Positions 1 to 14,330 of a stretch of 64,000 nucleotides of DNA are shown here, in pieces. How positions within the stretch are numbered: the stretch's first letter is position 1; each line of letters opens with the position of its first letter. The stretch lies in assembly GCF_009914755.1 (NCBI RefSeq), contig NC_060925.1; one strand, written 5' to 3'. The notes beneath the pieces were generated by a model. The model had not been told where the DNA came from and ran no database searches. It was given only the letters and a program-made list of their open reading frames with translations. The stretch is from the human T2T-CHM13v2.0 reference genome, Homo sapiens. A program made the position numbers and the translations under genes.

Positions 1-632
1 GCAGCCTTTTGTCAGTCATTCAAAGAACATCCACAGCAGAGCAAAAACACTTTGAGTTTTTGATGTCAACATTCCCAGTTGAGGCCTAACAAGGCATTTC
101 TCTGTCTTTTTGCTTCAGCTCTTATACAGGGGGTGAGACAGGTGGAGGAGCAGTAGTATTAGTTTGCTGCAGAAGTAATTGTGGTTCGTGCAAAAGTAAA
201 ACAATTAAAAGTAATGGCAAAAACTGTGATTACTTTTGCACCAACCTAACAGCCTCTTGGACTATGCTACACTGCCTCCTACTGTCTATATTTGTATGAG
301 CAGAGACAGTAGGAGGCAGTGTAGTGTAGCGTAGCCCAAGAAGCTATTACTGCTCTGGAGCCAATTGCACAGGGTTTGAATCCTAAAGTGGGTACACTTA
401 GGGGCATGGTCTTAAGCAAGTCACTTAACACTTCTGAACCTCATTTTCTCTTTTAAAAAATAAAGCAAATATAATTTACCTGGAAGAATTGTTTTAGGGT
501 TCAAGATTATAATCTATGTGAGATGTGTATGTACACATACATATGCACAAATTATACTAGGAACAATGGTTCAGTATTTGCTAAATCTCTATTTGTGAAG
601 TTTATAGGACATAACATAATAAGAATCAATTG
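1..632 (-). mobile_element. MER6A-like Tigger DNA transposon (runs off window start), interrupted by MADE1 and an inverted insertion
   Basis: attcccagttgaggcctaacaagg...tcagctcttatac and terminal ctaggaacaatggttcagtatttgctaa...aagaatcaattg resemble the MER6 family reverse complement; includes the MIR-like internal segment (400-470). Confidence 0.7.
159..249. mobile_element. MADE1 mariner (Hsmar1) MITE
   Basis: Palindromic ends ttagtttgctgcagaagtaattgtggtt / aaactgtgattacttttgcaccaacctaa; preceded by TA at 157-158. Confidence 0.9.
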
Positions 633-719
633 TACATAACACACACACATTTTGTGAAAAGAAATCTATCTGTCTGTCTGTCTCTCTGACTAACTGTCTA
701 TCTATCTATGTTTCAACCC

Positions 720-2005
720 AAAAATCATATAGATGACATGGGCTAATACTGGAAGCTTTATTGCTAAGTCAAGAACATGGAAGTATTATAATCACCATTA
801 TTATCCAACACAGTACTAGATGTTTTTACCAATTTAATTCGTCAAAAGAGAAATTAGAAGTGTAAACACTAAAAAGGAGGCATCAAAAATATCAATATTT
901 GTGAATAATATGATTTAAACTTGGCAATTTCACTAAACTGAAAAACTTATACAAACAATCAAAGAATTCAGTAAGGTAGTGGGGTGTGAAATTAAAACAC
1001 AGAAATCAATAACCTTCATGTATAGACACAAAGACCCATAGAAGACATAATGTGAGAGACAACTTATTTATAATATAAATAACAATAATAAGAACAAAAA
1101 GCATGAAAATAATGAAAAATGAAAAACATACATTTGAGGAAAAATTTAAAACATTTTTAACAATCACAAAAGCAGAATGAGACAAATGAAAATAATAGAA
1201 AAAGTTAGAAACAGCCTCTTAAAGCTGTCATGAACAGGATATATGGAAAAATACACAGGTATGAATATCCAGGAAAATTTTGGAAACAAGGTCAACAAGG
1301 GACATTAAGTCCATTAGAACAAACAATAATTTAAGTACTCAATAATTTAAAAAATGGGTTAATAGCATCTGGATAAACAGACAAATAGAGTAAACTAATT
1401 TTTCAGAAATAGACCCAAATATGTAGAGAAATTTGCTATATCATAAAGGTAGCATTTCAAATAAATCAGGTATAATGGAATTTTAAATAAAAGGTATTTT
1501 TTGCAGTAATTTGGGAAAATACAACAAGGTAGTAATTTAGGAAATAAAGGAGTTGGGTCAATAACTCATCTCACACTAAGAAACGCAAATGGTTTAACAT
1601 ATATATACACACACATACAAATCATACATGTTTGTATATATTTGTATATGTAAATGTGTATATGTATACATATAAATATATGTGTGTATGTGTGTATATT
1701 CAATAATAGTGTAAAAGACAAGGCCATGTCACTTATGACCATGTACTGGAAAAGAGCACTCTAACTATGCTTCAAAATGTAAAAATCATAAAAGAAAATA
1801 TTGATTTTTACTTTATAGAAATAAAAATATATGTTTATCCCCAATTAATGTATTCAAAAGCAAAAGGCATAACAAACTGAATAAAAGCAGTTCGTACTAC
1901 AGATAAAAAGCCTAGCATATCTAATTTATAAAAATCTCTATATTTTAATAGGAAAGAGACCAACCCAACAGAAAATAGGCAACACATATGAACAGGCAGT
2001 TATAT
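720..2005 (+). mobile_element. Old, degraded L1 (L1M/L1ME) ORF2 fragment
   Basis: A-rich sense strand with L1 motifs such as aaagaattcagtaaggtag, cagaaatagacccaaatat and atatgaacaggcagtt. Confidence 0.7.
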
Positions 2006-3163
2006 AAATTGAGTCACAAGTTCATCACCTCATATAACTGGATTCTGAAGAAACAATCTTGGCTGCTAACCTAATTACAGTTGTTCATACACATGTATGG
2101 AAATTCAATTTTAAAATACTTTCATCTTTTATTCTCGTAATAATGACAGAATAATTTCAAAAAGGCCCTCTGATATATTTGACATCTGGAAACATTACTG
2201 GTTTTCACTATTTTGAGGACATAAAAATAAATATGTTAGTGATTTTGTTTTTCCATTTTCTATAAGGATAATTTTAATTCCCTTTCAGGACATTTTTAGA
2301 TTTAAATGAAAATGTAATCTCCATCATAATAAAAATTAAAAAATCATCAGGCATATATATTATAGGCTTTTCTGACAGCAAAAGTATATTTAAAATTTAA
2401 CCAAACAGAATCCTTCTAATGACTGTGGACATCTTTAAATTTTAAGGCACTCACAGTTGCCAAGACCACAGAACAGTGTAACTACAGAACTAATTCTGCC
2501 TCTTCAGGGTTTAGTAGGCATAATTTATGAACATAGCTTTTTTTTTTAATATAGTAGCAGCTGTCTGAGAAACAAGACCTAAACAGGTTAAATAGCTGAT
2601 TACCTTTGGGTGTTCTGAGGCTGTTTCAGTCATTCACTGTTTTGACTAAATGCTTTCTAGAAATTGCATCATATCTAGAACGTTCAATGCAGTCAAAGGA
2701 ATGCACATTTAAAAAATTCAATATTAAAGCTGTAAACTTAACTCAGATTTTGATGCAGGCATAAATAAATCAGTGCTGTTAAATGAAATCAGGCTATCAT
2801 CTGTCTGCCTACTTATTTATAACTGGTTTTAACAGATATCTGTTTGTGTTGTGACTTAGTATGCATTTTAAATGTGGAAGACGCTGCTGTAAGCTTTGTT
2901 TTATTCTCATAAAAATCCAGGCAGGTACTCAAAATTACCATATCCCCATTGTATTTATGAAGAAACAGAGAATTACAAGTAATTGTTAATTTGTTTTGAA
3001 CTAGAAAACAAATACAAAGTTTGATATCATATTATAATTTCTTAAACATCAAACATTACTTTCTTCCAAAAAATACTGTTATGAATATTAATTGATAGTG
3101 AATCTATTTCGTTGAACCTTTGACATAATCAAATCCTTCTAAGTTCTGCCGATGTTAATTGAT

Positions 3164-3327
3164 ATATGTGTGTTGCTACATTAGTAAAATAATTTATCTT
3201 TTTAAAGGTTAATGTTTGTGTTTGTTTTTAAACTCATTTTCTATTTTTAGCCATGAAGATAAAGAAAGGCAGAGACAAATATCCACGCATGGTCTAGAGC
3301 AGTGCTATCCAGTAAATTTTTTTGCAA
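3164..3327 (+). repeat. Donor segment of a local duplication (copy at 4935-5104)
   Basis: Hand alignment to 4935-5104 gives 6 substitutions and one 6-bp indel. Confidence 0.95.
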
Positions 3328-3523
3328 TTATGAAATTGTTTTATATCTCTATCCTCCAATTTGATGGTCATTAACCATATGTTGGTACTGAATGCATGAA
3401 AAGTGACTAGAACAAATAAGAAAATTTTAATTAAGTTCTAAATTTTTAATATAATTTTATTTTGATTATTTTTAATTTTCAATATCCACCTATAGCTAAT
3501 GGTTGCTATATTATAAAGTGCAC
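3300..3523. mobile_element. MER3 hAT-Charlie DNA transposon
   Basis: Starts cagtgctatccagtaaattttttt and ends atattataaagtgcac; degenerate 8-bp TSD gtctagag (3292-3299) / ctctaaag (3524-3531). Confidence 0.8.
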
Positions 3524-3739
3524 CTCTAAAGCACATGCCTAACCACCCCTGTACATGCTAGAAATACTGTCATCCTACATCCACATATATCTCTAATCTG
3601 TCTGCTTATTTTTTCCATTTCTCAAACCACTGAGCAACAAACACTGTAAGTGTTTTCTAACTGGAACACCTGCTTTTAATCCCTTTAGACCGTTTTCCAG
3701 ACGGCAATAAAACTAACCTTTAAAAATCAAATCAACAAA

Positions 3740-4512
3740 CACAATACTTAATGGTGAATGACTGAAAGCCTTCTCCCTCATATCAGAAATAAGACAAGGA
3801 TGTCTGCATTCACCACTTCTATCCACCATAATATTGGAAGTTCTAGCCAGACCACTTAGGTTTAAAAAAGAAATTACATCCAAACTGAAAAGAAGAAGTG
3901 AAACTATCTCTACTTGCAGAGGAAATAATATATATATATATATATATGTAATCTGTTGCTATTTATATATATACATATATAATATATATAAAACCTGAAA
4001 GAACACACACACACACAAGTACACACATACACACACACAAAGTGTTAGAGCTAATAAATTCAACCAAGTGAAGGACTCAAAATCAACCCTCACAACAATT
4101 GTGTCTTTATACAGTAGCAATGAAAAATCTGAAAATGAAATTAAGAAAACTATTCTACCTACAACAGCATCAGAAATAAATTACTTAGAAATAAATTTAG
4201 CCAAGGAAGCTACACTGAAAAGTACAAAATATTGCCGAAAGAAATTAAATTTTTTAAATTTCTAAATAATTGAAAAGACATTCCATATTCATTGATTGGA
4301 AGATGTAGTCTTGTTAAGATAACACTACTACTCTAAACAATATATTGATTCAATATATCCATATCAAATACCCACAGCATTTTTGCAAACATATGAAAAC
4401 TCATCCTAAAATTAATATGGAATCTCAGGGGACGGAATACTGAAGCAATCTTAAAAGAAGGAAACAAAGTTGGTGGTCTCACACTTCTTGACCTCAAAAC
4501 CTACTTCAAAGT
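3740..4512 (+). mobile_element. L1M (L1MA/MB-age) ORF2 fragment with internal (TA)n and (CA)n microsatellites
   Basis: aagacaaggatgtctgcattcaccacttcta, ggaagttctagccaga and ctaataaattcaaccaag are typical of the L1 RT region; ORF 4068-4265 is a decayed ORF2 piece. Confidence 0.85.
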
Positions 4513-4779
4513 TAAACCAAACATGGAAATTACCTCCTTCTAGACAGTATTTGACAGTATTGTTTGTCTAGACGTAAACATGTGATCCAATTCTGGCCAG
4601 AGTCTCAACAGAAAGTCTCCTGGCACCTCTCTGAAAGACTTCCATCACTAACAGAAAAAAAACAAAAATGCTGTAGGAAAAAATGTTTCTTTTACATTGC
4701 TCTGTTCTTTTTGTCTGAACAGAGTTGTGTGAAGACTTCATTTTGGAGCTACAGTAGCCCCTTTGCAACATCAGACCAT

Positions 4780-5463
4780 TGTAGGCAATTCTCCATGGGG
4801 TTATCTATTCCTCCTATAAAGACTTTTGCCCTGGGTTGTCTTTTGAAGGATGCTTGCATGGCAAATAGTCTTGAAACCTAGAAATAGTGTATTCCTTTGG
4901 GATGAGAGCAGATTCGTTTTCAGACCAGAATAACATATGTGTGTTGCTACATTAGTAAAATAATTTATCTTTTTAAAGGTTAATGTTTGTGTTTGTTTTT
5001 GCTTTTAAAATCATTTTCTCTTTTTAGACATGAAGATAAAGAAAGGCAGAGACAAATATCCAGGCATGCTCTAGAGCAGTTCTATCCAGTAAATTTTTTT
5101 GCAAATTAAGTGGTCTGGCTAGAACCAGAATAATGGTCCCCTCCAATGCAACAGTGAGTCAAGTTTGCTAGCAGTCCCATTATAAGATCTGGTATTTCCT
5201 GGCTTGGGGTTCCTCAGTTGTGACACTAATTGAGTGTGTGCGGCATCTATCTGAGCTGTTCACATGGCCCCAGTAGGACTTGCTTGGCAAGGGGAACCAA
5301 TGCAAACATGAAGTTCATGCTGCCTGCTATGCCATGAATCACAAAGTATTTTATACCTGACCCAGAAATCTCACGTCTTCCTTCAGCATTTATGAACCTG
5401 TGACAGGTTAATTACTTAAATTACAAACAGAGCAAAATCTCAAACCTTTCACAGTTCTCGATA
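4780..5463 (+). mobile_element. ERVL solo LTR (MER54/LTR53/MER74 group) carrying a 200-bp insertion
   Basis: TG start tgtaggcaattctccatgg; ggggttcctcag; end caaaatctcaaacctttcacagttctcgata. Confidence 0.65.
4935..5104 (+). repeat. Inserted copy of 3164-3327
   Basis: About 96% identical to donor; insertion bracketed by accagaataa at 4924-4933 and 5124-5133. Confidence 0.95.
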
Positions 5464-5609
5464 AAAATAACTTTAAGTACAAAAGCTGACCTGCTGAAAA
5501 CAATATACAAAAGATGGAAATGTACAGAGCCACTGTACCAAAATTGGATTATCTACCACCAGATTTTTATTACATGATTTAAAAAACAAAACAAAAAAAC
5601 TACATTTTT

Positions 5610-6990
5610 ATTCAGACATTTATGAATTAAATATGTGTTTATTGAGGAAGTACCAGTATTCTTGGCAACTGTAATGAATATTGCTGTATAAAAGGCACAT
5701 TGAGATATTCCCCTGGCAGGATTTACATTCTACTGAGGAAGAAAAGGTACAAACAATAACCAATGAAAATATATGATCACAAAGTAATTACAGCTTGAGA
5801 TTATTGCTATGGAGGAAGAAAAAAAATAACTTAAAAAGTAGGAGATTCTATTTTGGATACAACAGTCAAGAAATGCTGACATTTGAGGGCTGACCTAAAA
5901 GGTGGGAATGAGACTATCATGAGAAAAGCCAGGAAAACATATTCTGGATTAAATAAACAAATGAAAAAGCCTGGGAACAGGGCCTGAAGATCAAGGTAGC
6001 TAGGGGATAGCAGGGGAGAGAAGAATGGTGTAAGCAAAATTTGCAGAGATGGAAAGAGACAATTAATAAAGAAATCTGTAGGTTAATAAGAGATTTAGGG
6101 CTGGGCGCGGTGGTTCATGCCTGTAATCCCAGCACTTTGGGAGACCGAGGCAGGCGGATCATGAGGTCAGGAGTCCGAGACCAGCCTGGCCAACATGGTG
6201 AAACCCCATCTCTACTAAAGATACAAAAAATTACCTGGGTGTGGTGGTGTGCACCTGTAATTCCAGCTACTCAGGAGGCTGAGGCAGGAGAATTGCTTGA
6301 ACCCAGTGGCGGAGGTTGCAGTGAGCTGAGATCGTGCCATTGCACTCCCGCCTGGGCAACAGGGAGAGACTCCACCTCAAAAAAAAAAAAAAAAGAAAAA
6401 AGAAAAAAGAAAAAAAAAAAGAATATTTTTATTTAAGATACAGATGTGATCTAACTTACATTCCTAAGAAATCACCTTTGCTGCTCTGAGTTGAATTTAC
6501 TCAGCCTTGTTGGATGCCTGTAACAATAGTCCAGGTCAAATATGATGATATCTTAAACTAAGTTTGGGATATGAGGACGGAGCAAAATGTATGGACTGGA
6601 GACTTAAAAGGGTTTTTTAATGGATTCAATGTGGTTAATGAGGGAAAGTGGGGATACCAGGAATGATCTGCAGGCTTTAAAAGTGCGGAAGTCACTGAGT
6701 CATGGTGAGGGAATAGAGAAAGTGGTAGAATTTTTGGAAGAATGTCAAAAGCTCCATTTTCAATGTATTAATTTTAAGGTAGTCATTTAATATCTAAAGG
6801 AAGATGTCAACAAAGTAGATGGATATTGGAATGGACGTCTGAAGGGAGATCTGTATAGGAGAAACAAATTTTCTACATCTACCTCAGAAAATAGTTGCAT
6901 TTAACACTATGGGACTCAATGAGATTCTGGAGATAGACATTTAGGTTTCAGAAAAGACATCCTAGGACTGAGATTTAAGGCAAGGAAACA
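5610..6990 (-). mobile_element. L2 LINE fragment interrupted by an Alu
   Basis: tttattgag...atttacattctactgagg...gacatttgagggctgaccta...gatcacctttgctgctct...atagtccagg match antisense L2 patterns. Confidence 0.7.
6099..6420 (+). mobile_element. AluS (Sg-like) with A-rich tail
   Basis: Full dimer; ggatcatgaggtcaggag (2-nt deletion form) with ccagcctggccaacatgg. Confidence 0.95.
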
Positions 6991-7650
6991 TTGAAATGAA
7001 GGACATTAGATCCATTATGATCAGTAAAAGTATCCCAAAGTCAAACTGAATTAAGAAAAATTGTATTAATATATGAGTAAATCTACAGGCAGAGTATACT
7101 TCAGGGTTTTTAGATTCACCATATCAATAATAATGACAACACTTAATATTAGGTGTTATTATTTCTTCATTTTACAGATAGCAGAACTTCTAAAAAAAAA
7201 CACAATTTGTTCGAGCTTACAAAATTAGCAAATAAATTAGTGGGGATTAATGCCTAGGCTCATTTCTATCACACCACTCATCTTTCATAAATAACACATT
7301 TTATCCCTCCTCATTATGATATTTACAAATCTCTAAAACTAGGAAGTCCAGTTATGCATATTTTTTACCATTGAGAAATATGAGCCTCAAAAATACTAGA
7401 TGACTTCTTCAAGGTTACACTGATAAGTGATAGATTAAGGGCTAGAGCTGAAGTGCTGAAGTCTAAACTCCTGCAGGAGCCTCATCTCTCCCTATACCCC
7501 ATGATATCATGTTGCCTGACTATTCATGCACCCATTATAAAAGCAGCTTTATATTCTTGACTGTTTTCTTAAATTGTTTTTTAAAATTTACGTGTGTTGT
7601 CCTAGTTTCTCACTATGTCAATATTTTGCTTCCTTGACCTTTCCCTCCAC

Positions 7651-7687
7651 CAAAACAAAACAAAACAAAACAAAACAAAACAAAAAA
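7651..7687 (+). repeat. (CAAAA)n microsatellite
   Basis: About 7 tandem caaaa units. Confidence 0.95.
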
Positions 7688-10239
7688 CCACCGACGATCT
7701 GTGCAAAATTCTTAGCATTTGTGGCAGCACAGACTTTCAGTGAGCACAAATTATTTGGCCTCACTAACAATTATGTACCAAGCCAGCCCTGAGCTTCAGG
7801 AGTAGTATTCATATTTTTATAATGAGGTATAATTCTCATTCACTATTGTAAAGGGACATAAAATGAAGAAAATGTATGCATGTATTTGTGTCTTGTTTCC
7901 ATTTTCAGAAATTAATATGTCTAACTTTACTATAGCTTTAATATTTTAATTGGTCATCTCAATGACCTTAAGTTTTCCCCTTAGCCATTTTTTCTTTTTA
8001 GCCCAAATCATAAAAATATTCATAAACTTCTGCCAAAGATTCATTAAATATCAAATAATAATAATGTAAATGAATGGCAGTGATTAGCACATTTTTCATT
8101 AAATCCATCAGCTAATTCTCATTCATGTTATAGGCCAATTTCATTTAACACACACGGATGACTTGTAGGTCCTAGGCATATGGATCAGTACTTATTTCCA
8201 AGACTATTTTAATATTCTTTTCTTTTTCATACAGATTACTTGTGGAAATTAACTTCTTCATATTTTATATGGTAATGTATTTGTCAGAATTAAGCCTAAA
8301 TCCTCTGGATAAAGCTTAAGACACATAAAATTATAGCTACAAAGGCACAAATAATCAGTGGCCAAAAACAATATGTGCATGTACGAAACAGATACACATA
8401 TTGCATACGACCATTTATTCCTTGGAGCAAACGTGTGGCTATACTATTAGTAACACTTTTGCTTTAAAATATATTTTTCTACTTCTGGAAGTCTGAAAAT
8501 TTGTATCACAGTGAAACTTCCATTTCTATTTGTGCTCTTCCATGACATGAAATACAAAATCAGAAAAAAAAAATCTAGATGCATGTATCTACTTCCAAAG
8601 AGACTTAAGATTTTTGTTTTTTAATTCTCTCAACTTTTCCTAATTACTTCACACTTAGAAATCCTGTCACATCCTTCTTTGTCACACAACTGGGATTTAC
8701 ATTCCTCTCCTAATACACCATCACAAATGAAAACACTGTTTCTGGTTCCAACTGCATATTCAATAGCTGCTAAGAAAATTAGAAATGTGGACTCATTTAA
8801 TGAGTCTTAGCAAATTCATACTTCAACTTAGTAGTGCAAGAAGTTTAAAAAAAATCCGAAGTATAAATTTTTGCAAAAGATCACAATGAGCAAAGATTTG
8901 ATTTATTTAAAGGTGAGGAAAACGGACACTCATTCCTTAATCTTCCCGAGGAAAAGACAATCTACCTTGGGCAAATGCCGAGGCAAGGTACATATTTATT
9001 AAATGTTTTCTCCTTCCAGAATATGCCATTCAAAGCTGTCCTTTATCTGACAATTCAAATGCCCTTCTAATGAACTTCAACTGCTTTCAAATATTTAAAA
9101 AAATTATCATTGTATACTTTCTTTCACAAAATTAGCAGCCACTGAATTTGCCAAAGCCCAGTTCCAGTAGGTCTTTGCAGTTTATAAGATCCAAGTGAAT
9201 GTGCCTAGTTACGAGCCTAGAAGTTCAAGCCCTGTAAATGAACCACACCAAACCAATCCGGGAAGAGCAAATGCCACAGTTCCTTCAATTCACTGTGACC
9301 ATGTAGATCCAGCCCCATTCAAAATTTCCTCAAGTGCTTTCACCACTTTGGTTTGGCAAATTGACAGCTCAGAATAGATACAGTATTGATTTGTGTCTTC
9401 ACAGTGGTGCAGGTGGAACTGGTATATGAAAGGAGGCCCTTGAAATTAGTATATTGGCACTCTTCCATTCCTGATATATTTTTTTTCCTCCCTATTCAAC
9501 TCATTTTGATCAGGAAAGTATCTAACTGGGTGCTTTGTATGAGATCGTTAACAAAGTAATGCCTCTTGTTTTTAAATTTTTTATTGAGCCATTAGATTCA
9601 GAAGAACTTAATTTTCTTGTTACAGTATTAAGATAGCAATAAAGCCTGATTTATTATTCATGGAAGTCATTATTTGCCACCTTTAGGTTGCAATATTATG
9701 GCATTTGGTAATTATGAGCACATACAGAAGTGAGAACTCATCACAATGACATTGTAACAATACATTTCCCTCGTAAGAGAATGCAATCAGTGTAGCTATT
9801 TCCTACCTAGCAAGAACTACTATCTAAATTCTGGATATTTTACCCTTGTTCCCTAAAAATTTCCAGAACATATAAACTATAAGTTACTCATATGAGATTC
9901 ATTTCTGTTAGTGTATGTATGCCATAGTGTTAGAGAGTATATCATTTTGTGCTAATATGCGAAATGAAACATGAGTAGTGAAATAAATTTCAAATAAGAA
10001 ACCCTAGAAAGGAGTCCTATTTGCCACTTTGCAATCCATTTTACCTGGTAAAGTTACTCAGTATTTCCCAGCTCTATTTTTCTTAGCATAGATAGTCAGA
10101 ATAACACTAATTTCAGAGGATTATATGATGTAATAATGTTTGTGAAAAAACACTTCTGAATTTATAAACATTATACAGATATTAAATATCATTGATAATC
10201 ACAAGGAAGTGTTTTCACAGACAGGCTTATAAAATAATA

Positions 10240-10450
10240 AATGTTATTGATTATTAAGTGCTTATTAAGTGTTGCTTCTTATTCTAAGCACTTTACATGA
10301 ATTAACCCATTCAAACACTACAATAACCTCATGAAGTAGTTATTATAGTTATCCCAGTTTTACAGATGAAAACATTGAGACACAGAGAAGTTAAGTAACA
10401 TCATAAAACACACATTAATAATGTGGCCAAGATTCCAATCTAAGGAATCT
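10240..10450 (-). mobile_element. MIR SINE
   Basis: Core atcccagttttacagatgaaaacattgagacacagagaagttaagtaac. Confidence 0.85.
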
Positions 10451-10969
10451 TCTCTTTTGTCATATGGTTTCATATATATCATATAATTTAACATTATTTT
10501 AATAATGAGATAATATTGGCCACAAATGTTTTTTTTTTCATTGCCTTATCATTGCCTTCCTTTTTCTTCAGGTTTTATTTTTGAGAATTTTGTTAGTATA
10601 GTGTCATGAATATGTAGTCATCAAAAGTGGATCTAAAGAAAATCTATTATTTTATGTTTTATACAAAATAGGGTGAAGATAATTTCATTTTCACAGAAAG
10701 AAATCTAAGACATACATTTTGCTTCTAGGAAAATCAAACTGTAATTAATTCATTATTTTAAGTAATGAAAACTGATCTATATCAATGGATTTAGGTATGT
10801 TTTGCTTTTGCAGAGTTTTAATAGAATCTGTAAAATATTGCTGGAGATAAATATCACATATATATCAAAATGTAGAAAACTATAAATATTAATAAATTCC
10901 CAAAATTTTACGTTCAGGAGCTTAGTCTATAGAAATATTGAGATAATTTATAAAAATAAAAATAATAGT

Positions 10970-11150
10970 TCTTACTGTTGCCAAGCACTACTCCAAGTCT
11001 TTTTCTGATACAGTCTTACTTTATTTGTACCTCAACTCTGTGAAGCTAATACTGTTATCACATCCTTTATAAGTAAGCAATCTGAAATTTAGAGAATCAA
11101 ATTAATTCACTCAAAATTATATCACTGCTTCATGAAGCACCCTGAACAAA
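10970..11150 (-). mobile_element. MIR SINE (degraded)
   Basis: ccaagcactactccaag...caactctgtgaag...aatctgaaatttagaga. Confidence 0.6.
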
Positions 11151-11272
11151 ATTTAAACAAGGCAATTCCAAACCACTATATTATAATTACTATTATATTG
11201 TAATAGATTATTTTCTCAGATTTATCATATAAGAAACAAAATTAGATGATAGAATATTGATAAAAATAATGA

Positions 11273-12663
<1,391 letters not shown>

Positions 12664-13009
12664 AAAAATAATGACTCATCCTTTAAGTCAAAGATATGGG
12701 GCAACTAAAATCAATGCTGCAGGTCTGTACTTGTGACATGGGACTGTTTTTCATCTGTTTTTAAGTATAAGGGAATAAAGGAAATAAATACCAGATTTTA
12801 AAAAAATGTATATATTAATAATTAAGTTTTATTATTTTAAATGTCTAAACAAATAAGTATATTTAAAATGTTAAATATATCATTGAAAATATTTATAGTA
12901 ATTCTCTTTAAATCTCTGTTAGTGAGATTACTTATAGATTTAACTTTGCACTGAATTCCATAGACAAACTAATTTTGTAAGGAATCAATATTGCCTACTG
13001 AATAAGTAC

Positions 13010-13200
13010 ACCAGCTCTGGAGTCAGATGCCTGAGGTGATCCATCAACTTCATCTTTTGAGCTTGGATGGGTAATTGGAGTCTCTTCACTAACTTCCCTA
13101 AGCTTGCACTTACTCTTCTGTAAAATAAAAATGTGAATAATATATAGTTCATGGAATTACATTAAGAATTAAATGACTATACAAATAAAGGGCTTACAAC
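13010..13200 (+). mobile_element. MIR SINE
   Basis: gctctggagtcagatgcctg...ctcttctgtaaaataaaaatg. Confidence 0.7.
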
Positions 13201-13399
13201 TCATATTGCTAGCTATTTCTTAGCTATGCCATAGGGTAAAAATTTGTTTATTATATTTTCTTTTGTTCTCTAATTTTACTATCATAAACATTATTTTAAA
13301 GTGAGAAAAAATCAGGACTTATCTTTTTGATTTTTAAAATTATTTGCCAACGTTTGCACCACCACACCACCAAAAAATGTCACCTCCTAGTGTTAATCA

Positions 13400-13990
13400 G
13401 TGTTATTCTGGGTAGAGGTTTCTAATCTTCATCTCTTCTGATCATTGTTATTGATGAATTGGAAAGGGCAATTAATGCATGCTTTTCTGGTTTGCATTTG
13501 GCAGACATCTAGTCAGAACCATCACTATTATATCTTATTGCTGAATCAAAATTCACAATAAATTTTAAAGGCTAAATCAGCTGAAGCCAAATTATGACAT
13601 TTAATAAGGATAAATGAAAATTTTTGGATATAATTGCTAGAAATTAATAACAAAAGTTAGAGGATGGAGGAAACTTGGCTTGAAAACAGTTCATGTGCAA
13701 AAGATCTCAAGAATTTCAGTTAACCAAAGAAACTAATATGACAAGCTAGCAGAAGCTAATTTAATCCTAGGCAGCATTAATAGAGTTATAGTGTGTTTAT
13801 CATGGGAACTGATAGCCGCATTGTACTCTGCTCTGTCAAAATGAATTTGGGTCACTGTTTAATTTTGCATACTAAAATTTCAGGAAGGCAATGAAAACTA
13901 GAGACCATTATGAGAAGGTGAAAGGTGAGGACAGGTCTGTAGTTGGAGCTGTATGAGAAATCTTGAAGGTAGTATGGATGTTCAGGTGAG
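13400..13990 (+). mobile_element. CR1/L3 ancient LINE fragment
   Basis: atgacatttaataaggataaatg, aacagttcatgtgcaaaagatct, gctaatttaatcctaggcagcattaatagag and ttgtactctgctctg resemble the L3 RT/3' region. Confidence 0.7.
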
Positions 13991-14049
13991 CATGGGTTCC
14001 AGGACAACATGTTGTCCTGATTATTCTATTTTTCCGGTTGCTTTTCCTA

Positions 14050-14330
14050 TGTCTCATTTGTTTGCTTGCTCATTTGTTTTCTAAGCTTTGAAGTGTAGCA
14101 ATGCTCAGTCTTAACCTCTCTTTTTACTTTGATAACACTAACTTTCTTGATGACCTCCTCCAGCTTCGTGGCTTTAAATGTCATCTTTATGATTATGACT
14201 CACAAATTTATATCTTCACTCTAGATTTCTTCACTGAATTTTATTCTTGAATATCTAACCAATTTCTGGGTATTTCTCCTTTGAATTCTAATAAATTTTA
14301 AAATTAATAAATCCAAAATTAAACTATTGT
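14050..14330 (+). mobile_element. L2 fragment
   Basis: gatgacctcctccagcttcgtggctttaaatgtcatctttatgattatgactcacaaatttatatct. Confidence 0.75.

Larger units (their letters stand above)
4515..5580 (+). mobile_element. Old ERVL-type LTR (LTR33/LTR16-like), split by the nested LTR at 4780-5463
   Basis: catgtgatccaattctggccag...gaaagtctcctgg...tggagctacagtagcc; the pattern resumes after 5463. Confidence 0.45.

Noticed and set aside
1598-1698. Quasi-palindromic TA/CA/TG tract (also 19570-19620)
   Set aside because: Self-complementarity is a trivial result of alternating purine-pyrimidine low complexity.
8963-8990. Small hairpin taccttg...caaggta
   Set aside because: A 7-bp stem is within chance expectation for 64 kb.
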